Shown here: positions 59,057-64,000 of the stretch, one piece after another
Layout of the letters: each line of letters starts with the position of its first letter
Numbering within the stretch: position 1 is the stretch's first letter
Assembly (NCBI RefSeq): GCF_018977255.1
Contig: NW_024704763.1
Span: forward strand, 6,882,001 to 6,946,000
Direction of reading: 5' to 3'
DNA from: Callorhinchus milii
Taxonomy: Eukaryota
DNA: 64,000 nt
Made by a program: the position numbers and the translations under genes
The notes under the pieces: generated by a model
What the model saw: only the letters and a program-made list of their open reading frames with translations
Told to the model about the DNA's origin: nothing
Database searches by the model: none

Positions 59057-61920
59057 AACAACAACAGCAACAAAATTACATTTAAAGAGCGCCTTTCACG
59101 TCGGGAGGACGTCCTAAGGCATTGGACAATTAGGGGTCAGAAGTCGTGCATGGGTGAGGGAAGGTGGAGAGGTGGGGGGGTGACTGAAGGCACGATCGAA
59201 GAGCAAGGTCTTGAGACCAGCCTTGAAGGAGGCAAGGGACGAAGCGAGGCGAAGGACTGTGGGATGGAGTTCCAGAGTGTAGGGGCAGAGGGGCTGAAAG
59301 CCCGGCCACCGATGGTAGGGTGGGTCGGGCGGGAGACACGTAGCAGGCTAGAGCCCGCTGAATGGAGGGAGCGGGCAGGTTGGTAGGGAGTCAGCAGATC
59401 AGAGAGGTAGGAGGGGGCAAGGCCATGGATGGCCTTGAAAGTGAGGATGAGAATTTTGAATTCAATCCTCTGAGGGATGGAGAGCCAGTGGAGTCGGGCG
59501 AGGGTGAGAGCGATGGGATCACGGAGCCTGGTGCGTGAGAGTACACAAGCTGCAGAGTTTTGGATGATCTGCAGCTTGTGAAGGGAAGAGTTGGGAAGGC
59601 CGATGAGGAGGGAGTTTCCGTAATCGAGCCTCGATGTGACGAATGCGTGGGTGAGGGTTTGGGCAGCCTGAGGAGTGAGGCAGTGGCGGAGTCTGGCAAT
59701 GCTGCGGAGGTGGTGGTAGGCAGTGCTGGTCATAGCACGGATGTGGGGGAGAAAGGACAGTTCAGGGTCAAACAAGACACCCAGTTCCTGACTGGCTTAG
59801 TGAGGTTGAGTGTGCAGCCATGGAGGCTGATGCTGCCAGCGCCTGAGGTGCGGAGGCACTGGCGCGAGCCAATCAGGAGGGCCTCGGTCTTGCTGACGTT
59901 GAGTTGGAGAAAGTTGTCCCTCGTCCAGGACTTGATATCAGACAGGCAGTCGGTCAGGACACCAGTAGTCCTGGAGATGAGGGTGGAGGCAGAGATAGAG
60001 TTGGGTGTCACCTCATATGTGGGAAATTTACCCCATGTCTGCGGATGATGTCACCAAGGGGGAGCATGTAGAGGGTGAAGAGAAGGGGACCGAGGACAGA
60101 GCCCTGAGGAACCCCGCACAAGACGGTGCAGGGGCTGGAGGAGAAGTTATTTGCAGAGATGAAGTGGAGGCGGTGTGAAAGGTAGGACCTGAACCAGTCA
60201 AGGACAGAACCTTGAAGGTTGAGGTGGGAGGAGAGGCGGTGGAGGAGGATTGAGTGGTCCACAGTATCAAAGACGGCGGAGAGATCGAGAAGGTCGAGGA
60301 GGCAGAGGGAGACCTGGTCACACATGGTCAGGATGTCATTTGTGACCTTGACCAGAGCAGTTTCCGTGCTGTTGGCAGCACAGAAACCCGATTGGAGGGG
60401 CTCGTGGAGAGAGTGGGAGGAGAGGAAAGAGCAATGGCTCTCTCAAGGACCTTAGACAGAAAAGGGAGTTGGGAGATGGGCTGGTAGCTGGATAGCTGTG
60501 ATGGGTCAAGGGAAGGTTTCTTCAAGGTGGGGGTGATAGTGGCTGTTTTGAGGGGGGAAGGAATAGTGCCAGGTGACAGGGAGAGGTTGATGATGTCGGT
60601 GAGTAGTGGGGCAAGGAGGTGGAGCTGGGATTTAAGGAAAGGGGTGGGGATGGGGTCCAAGGAGCAGGTGGTAAGCTTCATGGAGAATATTGTGGTGATG
60701 ACAGAGGAGGGGATGACAGGTTCAAAGGTGTGGAAGGAGGGATGGATGAGTGGTTGGAGTGTGGGGGAGGGTAGGGAAGGGTTGGAAGTTGGGAGGCAGT
60801 GGCAGCTGAGCGGATTCCCTCGATTTTGGATTCGAGGAAGTCCAGCATTTTCTCGCAGTGAGACTCAGAGGAAAAAATCTGCGAGGCGTGGCGGGGAGGG
60901 CGGAGGAGAACAGGAGCCTGGGGTTGCCCTCCGCCTCCATGATTAACCTGGAGTCGAAGGACGATTTGACCGAGGCGAGAGCAGAGTGGTAGGTTTGATG
61001 TGTTCCAGCCAAATGTGCTGGTGGACCGTTAGGCCGGATTTGAACCAAATGCATTCGACAGCCCACACCTGGCCTTCAGTGAGCGGAGGTGGCTGGTGAA
61101 CCAGGGTGAGGATTGGGAATAGGAGGCAGTTTGGGAGGGGAGGGAGGAAAGGGCTTCGAGTGTGGTGGAGAGGGTGCTGTGGAGAAGAGTAAATGCAGAG
61201 GATGGGTTGGTGCGAGAGGTGGGCCAGAGGGGGAGGATTTCAGAGGACTCCAGGACAGCGAAGAGGGATTGCGGGGAGATCTTCTTCCATGGACGGTAGA
61301 AGATGGTGGTAGGTTTGGAGGCAGTGGAGAGAGGGATTTAGGAGTTGAGGGAGATGAAATAGTATAAGAGATGGCCTTGTTGGTGATGGTGACATCCGAG
61401 ATGCTGCGGCCCCGGGTGATCACCGGGTCGAGCTGGTGGCTGTGAACGTGGGTAGCAGAGTGGATGTGGAAGGAGAGGTTGAGAGAGGAGAAGTTTTAGG
61501 AGGTGGAGCACGAGAGGGTGAAGTGGAGGTTGAAATGACCGAGGATGATGAGGCGGTCGGAGCAGAGGCAGAGGGAAGCTAGGAGGGTGGAGATATCAGA
61601 GATGAAAGTGGGGGAGGATTTTGGGGGGCAGTAAATTAGGAGCATTTTTAGTGAGAGTTGGGAGGGATGGCAGAGGGTAAGGTGTTCGAAAGAGGGGAAT
61701 GAGCTAGCGGAGTAGGGGGATAGGGCAAGTGGCGCCCTGGAGATGAGGGTCACACTATCGCCACGGCGGTTGGGGCGTGGGGCATGGTGGTAGGTATAGC
61801 CGGGTGGTGTGCCCTCAGTGAGGAGGAAGGTGTCACCTGGGGTATCCAGGTTTCTGTGAAGGCCGTAATATCAACATTCTCAACGAGGATGAGTTCATCA
61901 CAGGCCCTTCACAGTGCCGT
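59057..61920 (-). mobile_element. 5'-truncated L2-clade LINE carrying most of ORF2 (APE endonuclease and reverse transcriptase), frameshifted
   Basis: The minus strand gives APE motifs (VDITAFTETW, PPGYTYHHAPR, IYCPPK, IILGHFNLH) and RT motifs (LDLSAVFDTVDH, GVPQGSVLGPLLF). It also has the L2 C-terminus (HAFVTSRLDYGNSLL, LHWLSIPQRIEFKIL) and a 3' tail ending in (GTT)n. Confidence 0.95.
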
Positions 61921-62689
61921 TCAAAGCATTTCACAGGATTTAGTGAGTGTATTTTGTGAGTGAACATGGCAGCTGTGTTTTGCACAGCAATGTTGCACAA
62001 CCAACCATGATGTGAATGACCAATTTTATTTGGTGGGGGGGGGGGGAACTGACGCAGAGAAAAACTCCCATAGGAGTGCAGTGCTTTTTCCTGTTCTTGT
62101 ACAAACCTGTGGGCAAAATGATGCAGTCCGAGCAAATAATTACTTATATGACTGCAAGAACTAATATTAAACAGACACACGCTTTTGGAAAGGCTTCCCC
62201 GTGACCTCGTAAAGAAACTGAATTGCCCACTGTGTTTATCCTCAATCATCATCTTGTAATTCATTCAGCATTGACTTTGTTTCCAGTTTTACGCCTGTGG
62301 TTTAAATTGGGAATATTTGAATAACGTTTACAGGTGAAATCCCTCAGTGTTGCGCTGCCTCACTGATGGCTCTGACGTCTCGTGAACGTTGTAGAACTCA
62401 ATCGGATCAAAAACGTTGGCGTGCCCCAACTCCTACAATGGCTCAGTTCAACACAGAGTGGGATTTCAAGCTGTGACATTCCTGTTCTGTGTCGGGCTCT
62501 ATCGATAGCCATTCGGCCATCAGGAAGCTGCTCTGTGGCATTTGCCACACAGGGGAGGGTTGTTGAGACCCTTCACTGAACACCCCATCAATATATAAGC
62601 CTGTCTGGTTTCAGGGTACTACTCCTTCTCTACCTTCCCCCCTTGACTCAACCGGTTCGGACCTTCTGCATGTTCCCTCCACCTCTTCG

Positions 62690-62975
62690 CTTCTAGATTG
62701 GTGGCCGTGCTTTCTGCCACTGGAACAACAACAGCAACAACTTGCATTTATATAGTGCCCTTTACACAGGGTAGGGTCCCGGAGCACCACGACCCCGACC
62801 TCTGGAACTCTCTTGCCTCAGTCCTTCTGCGTTGCTTCCTCTTTGCCCGTCTTCAGATCATACCCGAAGACTTTCCTTTCCGACCGTGTCAACGGTCACC
62901 TCCCCTTTCTCCCCAGCTCGGCGTCAACCTCTGCCACTGTTAAACACTGCGAGAGGCTAACCTACGCGATATAAA
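62690..62975 (+). mobile_element. Old L2 3' fragment with an antisense L2 tail inserted at ~62724-62786
   Basis: ttggtggccgtgctttctgccac...cctctggaactctct (GGRAF...LWNSL) is split by (AAC)n-ttgcatttatatagtgcc. Confidence 0.7.
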
Positions 62976-63334
62976 TGCGATGATATCCTAAACATCCGTG
63001 GCGAAATCTCTTGAGTTTACAAATACCACTTACTCTGAGCCAATTCTTTTGCCCAACACCCCACCCCCCCCAACGCTGCCCTGTGATTGTTAAAGCAGAA
63101 AATCCCAGCTCTGCTGCACGTGGGAATCATCCGCGTATGAAAAAAATCAGGCAGCTCTAACGCACTGAATCAATTGGGGATTTTGAACCTATGGTGCATT
63201 GGCTAGGGTTGAAGCCCTCTGTCGCTTGACTTGCCAAGCTGATGAGAGGAAATCGCTTTCGTTTAAAATTCATTGTAGACTGCACATTGCAACGTTCCCT
63301 CAGACACACAAACCTAATGATCCCACAGCTTACA

Positions 63335-63465
63335 ATAATAATAATAATAATAATAATAATAATCCTTGCATTTGTTATAGCGCCTTATCACGTCTTCGAG
63401 ACGTCTCAAAGCACTCCACAGAACATACTGTAAAGGGAATCGACTGTGTATTTTGAGGGCGAAAC
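63335..63465 (-). mobile_element. Young SINE 3' tail (uninterrupted reference copy)
   Basis: (aat)n-ccttgcatttgttatagcgccttatcacgtcttcgagacgtctcaaagc. Confidence 0.85.
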
Positions 63466-64000
63466 ACATGGGTCAAAGCCTCACACGCTCCATGATCGAG
63501 CGACCGACCTCTCTTCCAGGCGGCCCGATAATTAAGGCGAGAGGCAAAATACACAAAGGCAAAATGCTAATTCGAACCATAAACGGGTTGAGCGTTATTA
63601 TCATAAGTGATAATTTGCAGTACAAGCTAGGATGCATGTTACAGTGAGACATTTTATAGGGCGACTAATGGACCAATGCTAAAACCATTTTCATTATCAA
63701 GAAATATTAATTTAGAGTTCATAGAATTCATTAGCCCCCCCCCACTCCGCCGTCCTTAAAGACGCTGTTTACTGCTTCTAAAAGCACGCACACTCAAGAT
63801 GTGTATCTGCTAATGCAGGCACTGATGGCCAGACTCCCTGTGTGTGAAATATAATGACCTACAAAAACAGCATATAAATCACCAAATCTGCTTCTGTGCC
63901 TGGTTGTCAGCTGAACCTGGGAAAAGGCCTTCCATGCCCCACACTCCTCCCCTCTACAGTTTCGGAAGGGAAGGTTCTGCTTCCAATTTGTTCACACTGA

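Larger units (their letters stand above)
23909..64000 (+). other. Intron 2 of the CELF gene (>40 kb, continues past the window)
   Basis: Starts with GTAAGT. I did not find the expected next exon (MNRPIQVKPA...) by eye or in the ORF track. Confidence 0.75.

Noticed and set aside
59137-61753. Cluster of 85-212 aa ORFs as host genes or an active retrotransposon
   Set aside because: Frameshifted fragments of one 5'-truncated L2 ORF2 with a disrupted YADD motif. The plus-strand ORFs are antisense shadows.
1-64000. CRISPR array, rRNA or prokaryotic systems
   Set aside because: No regularly spaced direct repeats or operon-like ORFs. The recurring motifs are dispersed eukaryotic retroposons.

Overview
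This is vertebrate genomic DNA, very probably from a cartilaginous fish: the SINE, L2, CR1 and Penelope repertoire looks like that of a chimaera or elephant shark (inference). The only host gene I can support is the 5' end of a neuronal CELF/Bruno-like RNA-binding protein gene of the CELF4/CELF6 type on the + strand. Coding exon 1 (20047-20296) is flanked by assembly gaps and coding exon 2 (23826-23908) is 83 nt; together they encode most of RRM1. Intron 2 runs more than 40 kb to the end of the window and I found no exon 3. The rest is non-coding and dense in retroposons: Deu-domain tRNA-SINEs, a younger tRNA-SINE with an (ATT)n tail, L2 fragments including a 2.9-kb ORF2 copy, CR1 3' fragments, Penelope-like remnants and an old palindromic MITE-like family. 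The most striking unexplained pattern is that L2/SINE 3' ends have inserted, at least six times and mostly antisense, into the same ~35-nt GAGACGTCTC hairpin segment of other SINE/L2 tails. Other points of note are a near-consensus REST/RE1 site, a perfect CRE palindrome in the proximal promoter, a CTCF/YY1/ETS cluster and a degenerate hammerhead-like fold in intron 2. Repeat boundaries were set by eye and are approximate; no database search was run.
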